A DNA stretch of 64,000 nucleotides from a virus: the IMG/VR virus record IMGVR_UViG_3300018080_000003, positions 32,001-96,000 of that record. One strand, written 5' to 3'. The notes under the pieces are model-generated. The model worked only from the letters and a program-made list of their open reading frames with translations. It did no database searches and was not told where the DNA came from. Of the stretch, positions 55,528 through 64,000 are shown in pieces; position 1 is the first letter of the stretch; each line of letters begins with the position of its first letter. The translations under genes were made by a program, and so were the position numbers.

Positions 55528-55962
55528 TCACTGCTCGCGCAGCACCGTCATCGCATCCTCGTCGAGGCCCGCGAGGAATTCGTCGACCTTGTCCACGGTC
55601 GCGACGCACGCCTCGTAGATGCGCTCTGCGCGTCGCGAGTCCGTGTCGTACCCAAACTCCGCACAGAAGTCCTCGAAAGACTCGCAGTAGCGAGCCGCGT
55701 CCGCGTCGGACATCAGGCTGTGAAGCACGTCCGCCGCTTTGGGTTCGTGCTGAAACGCCGGACCCATGTGGAAGCTGGTGGTCAGCGTCCGCATGGCAGG
55801 CTTGCTGAAGTGAGGGCCCGGTCCGGGCCAGCTCAGCGTGACCGTCCAGCTCGTAGACCCAGCCGGCATGTCGCTCGGGGTGACGTCCACGCAGCCCATG
55901 ACGGACTGCGTGCGGATCCCAAGCTTTTTGCAGAGCTTGTCTGCGTCAGTGAGATTGTTCAT
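55528..55962 (-). CDS. Early hypothetical phage protein
   Basis: SFEDFCAEFGYDTDSRRA. Confidence 0.8.
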   Translation of the reverse strand: MNNLTDADKLCKKLGIRTQSVMGCVDVTPSDMPAGSTSWTVTLSWPGPGPHFSKPAMRTLTTSFHMGPAFQHEPKAADVLHSLMSDADAARYCESFEDFCAEFGYDTDSRRAERIYEACVATVDKVDEFLAGLDEDAMTVLREQ

Positions 55963-56030
55963 GATTGTTGTCCTCCTGCGGAGCCCCGTTGCGCACGGAG
56001 CCCCGCAGGAGAGCAGCAAACGCTACTCTC
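55963..56030 (-). repeat. Two-hairpin leader repeat copy 4
   Basis: Same architecture, compensatory changes. Confidence 0.9.
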
Positions 56031-56039
56031 GCGTCGCGG

Positions 56040-56297
56040 TCAGGCCGCGTCCTCGTCGGCGACCATCAGCACCACGTGGTGCCGCGACCCGCCGTCGGTG
56101 GTCCCGCAGCAGTCGCACGAGCGCCACGAGAACTCCTCGTCGCGCTCCGCGTCGCCGTTGCAGAGCCATCCTTCCTGCGAGAGCGCATCCAGCCCCTCGG
56201 CTACCTCGCGCTCGCGCTCGTCGGTGATGTCATCCACGTAGCCGTGCGCAATCGTGTGCACACAGTCCACGCAAACCTCTAGGTCGTGAGTTTGCAT
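56040..56297 (-). CDS. Small acidic Zn-binding protein
   Basis: AGGAGG SD, CVDC and CDCC. Confidence 0.75.
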   Translation of the reverse strand: MQTHDLEVCVDCVHTIAHGYVDDITDEREREVAEGLDALSQEGWLCNGDAERDEEFSWRSCDCCGTTDGGSRHHVVLMVADEDAA

Positions 56298-56589
56298 ATC
56301 TGTCCTCCTGTCGCCCACTAGGGCAACGCTGACCCCCGTTGCGCTCTGCAGCGCCCCGGGCCGTCGTTCCACCCCCTGCCCCACCGCTGCACCCCGATGC
56401 CCCTGGCCTGTGAAGCGTGACGCTAATAGTAATTAGCGTCACGTATAACATGGTACGTTACGGTTACTGAAATATCGTCACGCACCACACAACAAGTAAA
56501 ACGGGGGTCAGCGGTGGGGCAGGGGGTGACCGGCAGGGTCGAGGCACAACGGGGTGCCGCGATGGTACAGCCGGTGAGAGGACATACAG
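56298..56589. promoter_or_regulatory. Divergence centre with nested inverted repeats and AT-rich palindrome
   Basis: 12-bp IR 56416-56443, 19-bp IR 56371-56389/56509-56527, 13-bp IR 56328-56340/56499-56512. Confidence 0.75.
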
Positions 56590-56796
56590 ATGACCAAGCT
56601 ACTTACTAAGAGCATCGAGCGATGGCGCGCTACGGCGAGTCAGCGTCGCTTGCACGGCGGTGCGACCGTCACGCGGTTCTTCGTCTGCGAAGCGGACGGG
56701 GAGCGCCACGGCGAATTCGTCGGTTATGGCCGAACGCCTGGCGACCGTAAGAGCTATGCCATGGCTGCCGCCCGCAAAGCGTGGGGGCTGTCATGA
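56590..56796 (+). CDS. Early hypothetical protein
   Basis: GAGGA SD. Confidence 0.65.
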   Translation: MTKLLTKSIERWRATASQRRLHGGATVTRFFVCEADGERHGEFVGYGRTPGDRKSYAMAAARKAWGLS

Positions 56797-56996
56797 TGCG
56801 GCTCTGCTACTACCCAGCGAACGTGGCTTGGGGGTTCGTCTTTGGCGACACCCCGATCCGCATGGGCGACGGGCCGCTGCTCTACAGCGGGAAGAACGCC
56901 AAGGCGAGGGCCAAGGCGGACGCGGCGCGGCAGGGCCTGACGGTCGTGCTCGGACGCGTGGTTCCCGCGGGGCCTAACCGCGACGCGGCTCGCTGA
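56793..56996 (+). CDS. Early hypothetical protein
   Basis: Coupled ORF. Confidence 0.6.
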   Translation: MMRLCYYPANVAWGFVFGDTPIRMGDGPLLYSGKNAKARAKADAARQGLTVVLGRVVPAGPNRDAAR

Positions 56997-57003
56997 GCCG
57001 TTC

Positions 57004-57069
57004 GGGCAGCTTGCTGCCCTGCTTTCAGCTCGCATGCCAGACATGCGGGCTGAAAGGAGGACAACAACC
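57004..57069 (+). repeat. Two-hairpin leader repeat copy 5
   Basis: Same architecture. Confidence 0.9.
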
Positions 57070-57519
57070 ATGAAAACTATCGAGCTGAAACAAGACACGA
57101 TTCTCGTGTCGGCAACGACGCCCCTCGGAAGCCCGATCCTCACTGAGGACGACGGCATGGGCCCGCTCTGGGCCTGGAGCGACAACCCCTACGGTGGCGT
57201 CTCTGCCATCGTTCGGGCGCAGTCCTACGAGAAGGCTCTGGAGATCGTTTACGATCTCCTGCCGACGATCCCGGAAGACGAGGTGCACGAGGCCTATGGC
57301 TTCGACTGCGAGGGCGAGTTCCAAGCGGCCATCTCGCGGGGCGAGCAGCCGGAGCTGATCGAAGGCTACCACGACCAAGCCAACAGGAGCGGCACGGGAA
57401 TTGTCTCCGTCGACCACTGCGAGCGCATGTGGAAGCTGGACCACGAAAACGCAAAGTATGCGGTCCGGCTGAAGGTGCGTCACTTGGACGACGTTCTTCT
57501 CGACGACTTGTTCGATTGA
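57070..57519 (+). CDS. Early acidic hypothetical protein
   Basis: Follows leader repeat. Confidence 0.8.
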   Translation: MKTIELKQDTILVSATTPLGSPILTEDDGMGPLWAWSDNPYGGVSAIVRAQSYEKALEIVYDLLPTIPEDEVHEAYGFDCEGEFQAAISRGEQPELIEGYHDQANRSGTGIVSVDHCERMWKLDHENAKYAVRLKVRHLDDVLLDDLFD

Positions 57520-57526
57520 GATGTCA

Positions 57527-57591
57527 GGGCAGCTTGCTGCCCTCGTCTCTGGGCACATGCACGACATGTGCCTAGAGAGGAGGACAACAAC
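57527..57591 (+). repeat. Two-hairpin leader repeat copy 6
   Basis: Identical to copy 2. Confidence 0.95.
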
Positions 57592-57867
57592 ATGAAGTAT
57601 GCGACAAAACGCTTGCTCGATTCCGTCTGGACCGTGGCATTCACGGTCACGAAGGATGGCAAGGCAACGATCCACGGCTACAGCCGTGACTGCCAGCTGG
57701 GTTACGACCTGGAGGGCGATCTTCCGGTGTGCCGGCTCATCGAGGGTCCAGGCCGTGAGGTAAAGGCGCTCGACGTCAAGCTCGCGACCGAAGCGGGCTC
57801 GCGTTCGACCTTGTATCAGGTGTCGAACCCTCGGCACGTATTCAGCTACGGCGAGGTACAGGTATGA
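57592..57867 (+). CDS. Early hypothetical protein
   Basis: Follows leader repeat. Confidence 0.75.
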   Translation: MKYATKRLLDSVWTVAFTVTKDGKATIHGYSRDCQLGYDLEGDLPVCRLIEGPGREVKALDVKLATEAGSRSTLYQVSNPRHVFSYGEVQV

Positions 57868-58037
57868 CGACCACCAGGCGTGCACGGCGCTTCGCGAACC
57901 AATACGGGTTCGGCTCCGATCTTCGAAAGCTCAAGCGGCCGGCTCGGCGGCGCGAGCGCCGCAACATCAACCAGGCGATCCGACGCGGCGACTACGATGC
58001 GGCGATGCGCCCCCTGACAGAGAGGTACGTGGCATGA
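57864..58037 (+). CDS. 57-aa Arg-rich protein
   Basis: ATGA coupling both sides, GAGG SD. Confidence 0.55.
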   Translation: MTTTRRARRFANQYGFGSDLRKLKRPARRRERRNINQAIRRGDYDAAMRPLTERYVA

Positions 58038-58204
58038 ACAAGAACACGGAGAAAGCCGCCAGGTTTCATATCCGCTGCTGCCTGCGACGTGGGCGCAGCA
58101 AAAGCCAGGCCTACAACCAGCTGACGCGAGCGTTCGGCTATGGTCCGGACATCGGTGCACTCATCGACGATGAGTACGAGAAAGCGAAAGGGGACGTGGC
58201 ATGA
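58034..58204 (+). CDS. 56-aa protein
   Basis: ATGA coupling both sides. Confidence 0.55.
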   Translation: MNKNTEKAARFHIRCCLRRGRSKSQAYNQLTRAFGYGPDIGALIDDEYEKAKGDVA

Positions 58205-58440
58205 ATCTGAACGGCAACATCAAGCATGGCCGCTTCGGCGGCGACGTGTTGGCGGCTACGCGCTGGGAGAAGAGGGAAGGCATGCGAAAGAGTCGTGTCG
58301 TCCTGATCCAGATCGCCAGCGAGTGGTGTACAGCCATCCACTGCGAGGGGGATTATGAGTGGCTGTACGGCAAGTACTTCGTGACCCCGGAAGCGGCGTG
58401 GGAGAGCTTCACGGAGCGGGCGCGAGACTTGCTCTCGTGA
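58201..58440 (+). CDS. Early hypothetical protein
   Basis: Coupled ORF. Confidence 0.65.
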   Translation: MNLNGNIKHGRFGGDVLAATRWEKREGMRKSRVVLIQIASEWCTAIHCEGDYEWLYGKYFVTPEAAWESFTERARDLLS

Positions 58441-58446
58441 GGCGAT

Positions 58447-58512
58447 AAGACAGCAGGGATGCTGTCTTCCTTTCGGTGCCTGGCATGGGTCAGGCTTCGA
58501 AAGGAGGACAAC
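58447..58512 (+). repeat. Diverged two-hairpin leader copy 7
   Basis: AAGACAGC..GCTGTCTT, CCTTTCG..CGAAAGG, GGAGGACAAC. Confidence 0.75.
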
Positions 58513-58797
58513 ATGAACACGTTCAACATCAAGACGGACGAGCACGGCGATCAGACCGTCGAGATCCGAAACGAGCAGGGCGACGTGGTGGCTGAGATCA
58601 TCGCGGTGCCCGTCAGCAAAGATGGCATGAGCATCGACGTTCGGCCGATGGTTCACGCCAGGGTGCAGAACATCGTTTTCGGTGTCGATGAGATGGATCG
58701 CATGAGCGACCGCTTCGTGTACAACACCAAGAACCACAACGGCAACATCAACGATGTTTGCCTCCCCTTCGTGTGCGTGGAGGTCAACCCGTCATGA
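58513..58797 (+). CDS. Early hypothetical protein
   Basis: Follows leader. Confidence 0.75.
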   Translation: MNTFNIKTDEHGDQTVEIRNEQGDVVAEIIAVPVSKDGMSIDVRPMVHARVQNIVFGVDEMDRMSDRFVYNTKNHNGNINDVCLPFVCVEVNPS

Positions 58798-59174
58798 GAC
58801 AGCTACCGGCAAACCTTCAGGGAAAGCTCATCGAGAGCTACTACGACGGGGGCGAGACCCCGCTCGACTACAACCACCCCGACTTCGACGCGACGCGCGT
58901 CGCGACCGCCATCGTGCGGCACGCCTACGCGATGGGCATCGAGGAGGGGCGAGACCGCGCCGAAGGTCGCTACCCGATGGTTAACGGGAGGATGGGTGCG
59001 CGAGTAAAGCATCCTGTGGGGGGAGAAGAGGTACACGCACAAGACGCGATCGAAGACCTTGATGGCATCCTTTGTGTGATCCTCAGCCATCTGGTCGGTC
59101 GTATGCGGTACACGGAGATGGTCATCGCGCGGGCTCACCAGGAGCTAGAGCGGGCGGTCGTCAAAGAAGCCTGA
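58794..59174 (+). CDS. Early hypothetical protein
   Basis: GGAGG SD, coupled. Confidence 0.65.
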   Translation: MRQLPANLQGKLIESYYDGGETPLDYNHPDFDATRVATAIVRHAYAMGIEEGRDRAEGRYPMVNGRMGARVKHPVGGEEVHAQDAIEDLDGILCVILSHLVGRMRYTEMVIARAHQELERAVVKEA

Positions 59175-59273
59175 GAGGGAAGCGCCTTGCTGGCGCCCCT
59201 CGGGGCGCACGAAAGTTCAATCCAATTGAACGTTCGTGCGGCCCGAGGTGCACGAGCACCCAAGGAGACAAGC

Positions 59274-59662
<389 letters not shown>

Positions 59663-59666
<4 letters not shown>

Positions 59667-59878
59667 ACGGCTCTCCCATCTCTGTGGGCAGCAAGGTGCA
59701 CGTCGGCGAGCCCTACTCGGACGAGTACGACGAGGGCACCGTCGTCGAGCGTGAAGGCGACTGTCTCCTGGTCTTCTGGTCGCGCTGCGGCGAGGAGTAC
59801 TGGGAGGCAGAGGACGTGCTGAACCACGGTCACCCTGGCTGCTGGCCGGAGGTGCCGATCGCTGAGCGCGCGAGCTGA
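59663..59878 (+). CDS. Small SH3-like beta-barrel protein (tentative)
   Basis: VGSKVHV..GTVVE..LVFW. Confidence 0.6.
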
Positions 59879-60006
59879 GCTGAGTTGAGCGTGCAGACTT
59901 GAGCGGCCCTCAGGCCGCCGCCGCGCCCCTTGGGGCGCCGTGTCCACTCTCCGTCCTCCGGGACGGGGCGTGGCCACGGTGCATCAGGCATCGACAGGAG
60001 GACGAC

Positions 60007-60357
60007 ATGGAACGACATCAGATCAACAACGAGGACCACGACCGCCAGGCGCTCGAAGCCTGTGCGGCATCCCACGAGCAGTTTCTCCATGAGCTGGGCG
60101 CCTTCATGGGCATGCTCAAGGAAGATGCCGAGGCCAAGGACCTCGACCACACCGACGTCTTTCGGCTCATCGACGAGGCGGCGAAGATCCTGGGTCCGAA
60201 CACCCGGCTCGATCAGCACGTCCAGTGCACGCAGGAGCTGATCCGAAACCTCGCGGAGGCCGGGCGCTCGCACCGCATCGCCTGGGTTCGCCGCGGGCTG
60301 CAGACCGCTTACAACGGCGCCAAGCGGCACCGCGACTACCTGAGAGGCGAGCTTTGA
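60007..60357 (+). CDS. Early hypothetical protein
   Basis: AGGAGGACGAC leader. Confidence 0.75.
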   Translation: MERHQINNEDHDRQALEACAASHEQFLHELGAFMGMLKEDAEAKDLDHTDVFRLIDEAAKILGPNTRLDQHVQCTQELIRNLAEAGRSHRIAWVRRGLQTAYNGAKRHRDYLRGEL

Positions 60358-60441
60358 GCTGACCCTTCCTCGCTAGGGCCTGAGGAGCTATCTTCTCGGG
60401 CCCCTGCGAGGGCGCGTGAGCCCAACAGAGGAGAACCAAAG

Positions 60442-60675
60442 ATGATCAGAAGGAAGGCAAGCACGGTGCAGCAGTCACAGCGCGAGCGCGAGAAGGCGCG
60501 GGCGTATTGGAACACGCTGATGCCTCAGGACAAGGAAGCGCTCGCGGACGCGATGGTGTTCGGCGAGAACCTGGTCGAGGCCGGGTTCTTCGAGCGGCTT
60601 CCGAGCGGCATCTTCCAGGATGAGCTGGGCGAGCTGATGGTTCAGCGAGAGATCGACTTCATCCCCCGCGCATGA
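60442..60675 (+). CDS. Hypothetical protein
   Basis: GAGGAG SD. Confidence 0.7.
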   Translation: MIRRKASTVQQSQREREKARAYWNTLMPQDKEALADAMVFGENLVEAGFFERLPSGIFQDELGELMVQREIDFIPRA

Positions 60676-60698
60676 GCGTGGGTCGAAAGGGGACAGAC

Positions 60699-61082
60699 AT
60701 GAACGACGACAAGGCAGGAAAGATCGCGCTGCTCGCGGCGGAGAACGCGGCGGAAGGCTTCATCTACGGCATGGTGCAACATGCAGCGGAGGCCATCAAC
60801 AAGCTGGCGGAGGATCACTCAGTGAGACTCACCGACGCGAAGATCCGACTCAGTTACGGCCGCCGTCGCGGCATGAACGTGAGCTACGGCTGGCGCGCGG
60901 AGATCGAAAAGGGCGCCTTCGACGTGGATGAGGGCGCCGTCTACGCGTTGCGCGACATCGCGGAGAACGGTCGGAGCTGGGAGTCGGACGGCGCCGTGAG
61001 GGCGGTGGAAACGATGATCTCCTGGATGGGAGAGGTCTTCCGCGCTGGATCTCGGCGCCCGTCGTGGGAGGACTCAAAGTGA
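60699..61082 (+). CDS. Hypothetical protein
   Basis: AAAGGGGA SD. Confidence 0.7.
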   Translation: MNDDKAGKIALLAAENAAEGFIYGMVQHAAEAINKLAEDHSVRLTDAKIRLSYGRRRGMNVSYGWRAEIEKGAFDVDEGAVYALRDIAENGRSWESDGAVRAVETMISWMGEVFRAGSRRPSWEDSK

Positions 61083-61342
61083 GCTACAAGAGCCTCAGCG
61101 ACGCGCCCTGGTGCCAGGCCCTGAACGACTGGATCGAATCCCAGAACGCTCGGGTGCTCTGGCGCGAGCTGAAGACGGACCGGGAGGTCAGCTGCTACGA
61201 GGCGAAGGGTAAGATCTTCGTGGTCGTCGCCTACGCCCACGGCTGGGAGCTGCTCATTCCTGCGTCCGCAGACAACGACGTCAAGAAGACGCTGGAGGCC
61301 GCGGAGGCCTACCTCAACGCACACCACGAAGGAGAAAACTGA
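61079..61342 (+). CDS. Hypothetical protein
   Basis: GGAGG SD, GTGA coupling. Confidence 0.7.
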   Translation: MSYKSLSDAPWCQALNDWIESQNARVLWRELKTDREVSCYEAKGKIFVVVAYAHGWELLIPASADNDVKKTLEAAEAYLNAHHEGEN

Positions 61343-61758
61343 TGCCATTCATCGTAGGCAAAGAACTGCGCGCTGGAGCGCGCCTGACCATCTCAGCACC
61401 GCAGGGGGGAGGCGAGAGTAACCCTGGAATGACCATCTCCGTCTCAGACGACGCTTCTCTGACGGAGGCTTTGGAGATCCAAATCAGCCACGAGGACCTC
61501 ATGCGGGCGCTGACCGGCCACGGCTATATCCGATGCCAGGCCACCTGGCGCGTGTCCAAGCTCGGGCTCAAGCGCGAGCACAAGGAAGAGAAAGGTGTGA
61601 CCGAGGAGAACCTTCACACCTTTGAAGTCGATGGCTGGAAGGGCCGGAAGGAAGACCTCAAGAACTTCCATCGCAGAACCTACGACAAGAAGAGCGGGGA
61701 GTACACCGCTCGCGTTGGCTTCGAGCGCTGGGTTCCGATCGAGGACGAGGATGTATGA
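61342..61758 (+). CDS. Hypothetical protein
   Basis: AAGGAG SD. Confidence 0.7.
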   Translation: MPFIVGKELRAGARLTISAPQGGGESNPGMTISVSDDASLTEALEIQISHEDLMRALTGHGYIRCQATWRVSKLGLKREHKEEKGVTEENLHTFEVDGWKGRKEDLKNFHRRTYDKKSGEYTARVGFERWVPIEDEDV

Positions 61759-61814
61759 GCCTCGGTTCTTCCCTCGGCTGGGGGACGTCAAGCTCATCCA
61801 GGAAGGCAAGAGAG

Positions 61815-61844
61815 TTGACTCAGACTCGTAACAGGCGTTACAAC
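61815..61844 (+). promoter_or_regulatory. Promoter with overlapping GTWAC-N4-GTWAC site
   Basis: TTGACT at 61815, GTAAC-aggc-GTTAC at 61828-61841. Confidence 0.6.
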
Positions 61845-61867
61845 AGACATCGAAAGGGGAACAACAC

Positions 61868-63070
61868 ATGACTGCCAAGCTCAAGGCTGTGGAAGAACAG
61901 CCCAAGACCAACCCACTGCACGACAAGGTCGTGTCCATCCGCCGCGCCCTTGAGGGCGCCATGCTGGAGCGCGAGGACGCGATCGAAGCGCTCATGCTCG
62001 CGTTCGTGACGCAGGAGCACGTCGTCTTCGAGGGGCCGCCCGGCACGGGCAAGAGCTACTTCGTCGATGCGCTCTTCTCGTGCATGGAGGCCGACAACCG
62101 CTACGTGCGGCGGCTCATCCACAAGTTCATGACCCCGACCGAGTTAATCGGCGGGATGGACCTGAAGCACTTCCAGGAGCACGGCCGGGTGCGCACGGTC
62201 ATCGAGCGCGGCCCGGCTACGGCGGAGGCGGTGTTCCTGGATGAGATCTTCAAAGCGAACGGCGCGTGCCTCAACTCCCTACTCAGCCTGCTCAACGAGC
62301 GGCTGTTCATGGACCAGGAGCGAGGGACCATCGAGGTGCCCCTGCGCATGTGCGCGGCGGCCTCCAACGAATTCCCCGAGGACAAGAGCCTCGCGGCGCT
62401 GTACGACCGGTTCCTGTTCCGCTGCCAGGTGAGCTTCCTGCGGCCCGAAAACCGCAAGCGGCTGCTCATGCGCAAGGCTGGCCAGGACAAGCGGGCGCAG
62501 GCCTTCGAGCCGCCCGTTCAGCTCACTACCGACGAGTGGGATCAGATCGCCGCCGAGGCCGACGAGGTCACCATCCCCGAGGCCGTCATCGACGCCATCC
62601 AGAGCTTGGAGCACAAGCTCTTTCACGAGCACGGCCTTACCAGCTCCGACCGGCGCTTCGTTCAAGCCCTGCGCGCCATCAAGGCCGCTGCCTGGCTCGA
62701 TGGGGACGACGAGGCCGACGTCAGCCACATCGAGGCCCTTCGCTTCGTGCTCTGGGACACCCCCGAGCAGCGGGAGAAGGTCGAGGACGCCATCGCAGCC
62801 ATGGACCAGGGTGAGACCAAGGCGCTCATCGACGCCATGGACAACGCCCTGCGCGCCTTCCACAGCCGCCCCACCGAGAACGCGGCCCTCTACGAGGCCA
62901 TCCCGCAGATCCTCGCAGGCATCAAGGCTGCCGCCGAGCAGGCCCGCGAAGCGGTCACCTCCGGCCGGCTCTCGCGCAAAAACGTCGACAAGATCAAGCG
63001 CCGCGGCGCTGAGGTCGCCGAAGCGCACAAGGAACTCATCAAGCTCATGCAGTCTGGGGTGGAGTTCTGA
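61868..63070 (+). CDS. MoxR/RavA-like AAA+ ATPase
   Basis: GPPGTGKS Walker A, VFLDEIFKA, LLSLLNER, AASNE, ALYDRF. Confidence 0.95.
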   Translation: MTAKLKAVEEQPKTNPLHDKVVSIRRALEGAMLEREDAIEALMLAFVTQEHVVFEGPPGTGKSYFVDALFSCMEADNRYVRRLIHKFMTPTELIGGMDLKHFQEHGRVRTVIERGPATAEAVFLDEIFKANGACLNSLLSLLNERLFMDQERGTIEVPLRMCAAASNEFPEDKSLAALYDRFLFRCQVSFLRPENRKRLLMRKAGQDKRAQAFEPPVQLTTDEWDQIAAEADEVTIPEAVIDAIQSLEHKLFHEHGLTSSDRRFVQALRAIKAAAWLDGDDEADVSHIEALRFVLWDTPEQREKVEDAIAAMDQGETKALIDAMDNALRAFHSRPTENAALYEAIPQILAGIKAAAEQAREAVTSGRLSRKNVDKIKRRGAEVAEAHKELIKLMQSGVEF

Positions 63071-63074
63071 GGTC

Positions 63075-63449
63075 ATGACCTACACCCACCAAGTCCCCAG
63101 CTACAAGCATGGACCCACGGCCAAGGCGCTCATCGCGCAAGGCTGGGCCCTGCACGTCGTGGAGACCTACAGCAGCAAGAACTACACGGACCTTCTCATC
63201 CGGATCATCCCCGCCGCTGAGACCCTCGCCGGTCTCGCCGCCGATGAGGGCATCCGCATGCTCAAGCTCGATCGCTACGACATCAATGTCCGCGTCCGCA
63301 TGGACGAGTCCGCGCCTCCCAGCATCGACGATGCCGTCGAGTATGCCTCCAGGTGCTTCGCCAAGAGCATCCACAACACCCTCGGCCGCTACGTCGAGCG
63401 CCTTCAGTCCGTCCTCAGCCGTGTCCCCGTCCCTCAGGAGAAGTCATGA
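63075..63449 (+). CDS. Hypothetical protein
   Basis: Between ATPase and vWA genes. Confidence 0.65.
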   Translation: MTYTHQVPSYKHGPTAKALIAQGWALHVVETYSSKNYTDLLIRIIPAAETLAGLAADEGIRMLKLDRYDINVRVRMDESAPPSIDDAVEYASRCFAKSIHNTLGRYVERLQSVLSRVPVPQEKS

Positions 63450-64000
63450 GCATCGAAACATCCTCTGCCTGGAAGGCTGCCACTGGCGCCTTCAGTCCAG
63501 ATCCCGGCTCTTGGGCCGAAGCGTTCATGGACACGATGCCTCAGCAGTACGCTTCCCTGCTCGCGAGAGGTGGCCCGGCCCTGGACTGCGCCGTCAAGCG
63601 GCACAACGAAGCGAAGACCAACATGTTCTCCCAAGGTCACCGAAGCCCCTTCCACATGCGAGAGACCTGCCGCGAAGCTTGGAGACGCTTCCAGGAAGAA
63701 GCAGAGCGGCGTGAGTCTCTCGAATTCGGCCTCGGCTTCGACCAGTCCGACAGCTGGGACCACAGTTTCCGTGCCGAGCTGCCCCAGAAACTGCGACCCG
63801 CCAAGGTCTACGACATCGCCCGGCTCGCCGGCCGGCTGGTCGTCGCGCTGCGTGGAGAGAAGGCAAAGAAGGTCTCTTCTGTACCCGAGGAGGTCTACGA
63901 CGTCGAGCTGGGCGGTGACCCCTCCCGTCTGCTCACCAGCGAACTGATGCACCTCGGGCAACCCACCGAGCTGATGCTCCTCAACCGCATCAACGAGCAG
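63446..64000 (+). CDS. ViaA/vWA-domain partner protein (5' part, runs off window)
   Basis: Open frame to the end. EEVYDVELGGDPSRLLTSEL matches the ViaA-like pre-vWA motif, next to a RavA-like ATPase. Confidence 0.75.
   Translation, partial: MSIETSSAWKAATGAFSPDPGSWAEAFMDTMPQQYASLLARGGPALDCAVKRHNEAKTNMFSQGHRSPFHMRETCREAWRRFQEEAERRESLEFGLGFDQSDSWDHSFRAELPQKLRPAKVYDIARLAGRLVVALRGEKAKKVSSVPEEVYDVELGGDPSRLLTSELMHLGQPTELMLLNRINEQ

Noticed and set aside
54131-58512. Leader repeats as CRISPR repeats or integron attC sites
   Set aside because: Separated by whole genes, include the SD and vary in sequence. No GTTRRRY/RYYYAAC core sites and no cas or integrase gene seen.

Overview
This window looks like part of a large, GC-rich bacterial virus genome, not host chromosome. 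It is densely coding with short overlapping genes, peptidoglycan hydrolases, one tRNA and no housekeeping operons. Left half (about 1.1-36.9 kb, mostly + strand) is a structural/late module with no recognisable HK97 capsid, portal, terminase, tape measure or sheath gene. It contains a very basic histone/protamine-like protein with membrane segments and three beta-rich capsid-like genes (jelly-roll fold inferred). It also contains 13 consecutive tail-anchored membrane proteins that share a (M/L/I)xGxG motif, with a J-domain gene inside the run. These are followed by a glycosyl/methyltransferase cluster, five spike/fibre paralogues sharing one N-terminal adaptor (four at 24.9-31.8 kb, a fifth at 40.9 kb), and lysis enzymes. 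I infer a tailless, membrane-containing virus, unusually large for that group. The right half holds small accessory/early genes diverging from a palindromic AT-rich centre at about 56.4 kb. Many of these genes carry a conserved two-hairpin-plus-SD leader element. A GTWAC-N4-GTWAC operator-like motif recurs in intergenic/promoter regions across the window. Polymerase, packaging ATPase and maturation protease were not seen and presumably lie outside the window. All family calls are by eye from motifs; no searches were run.
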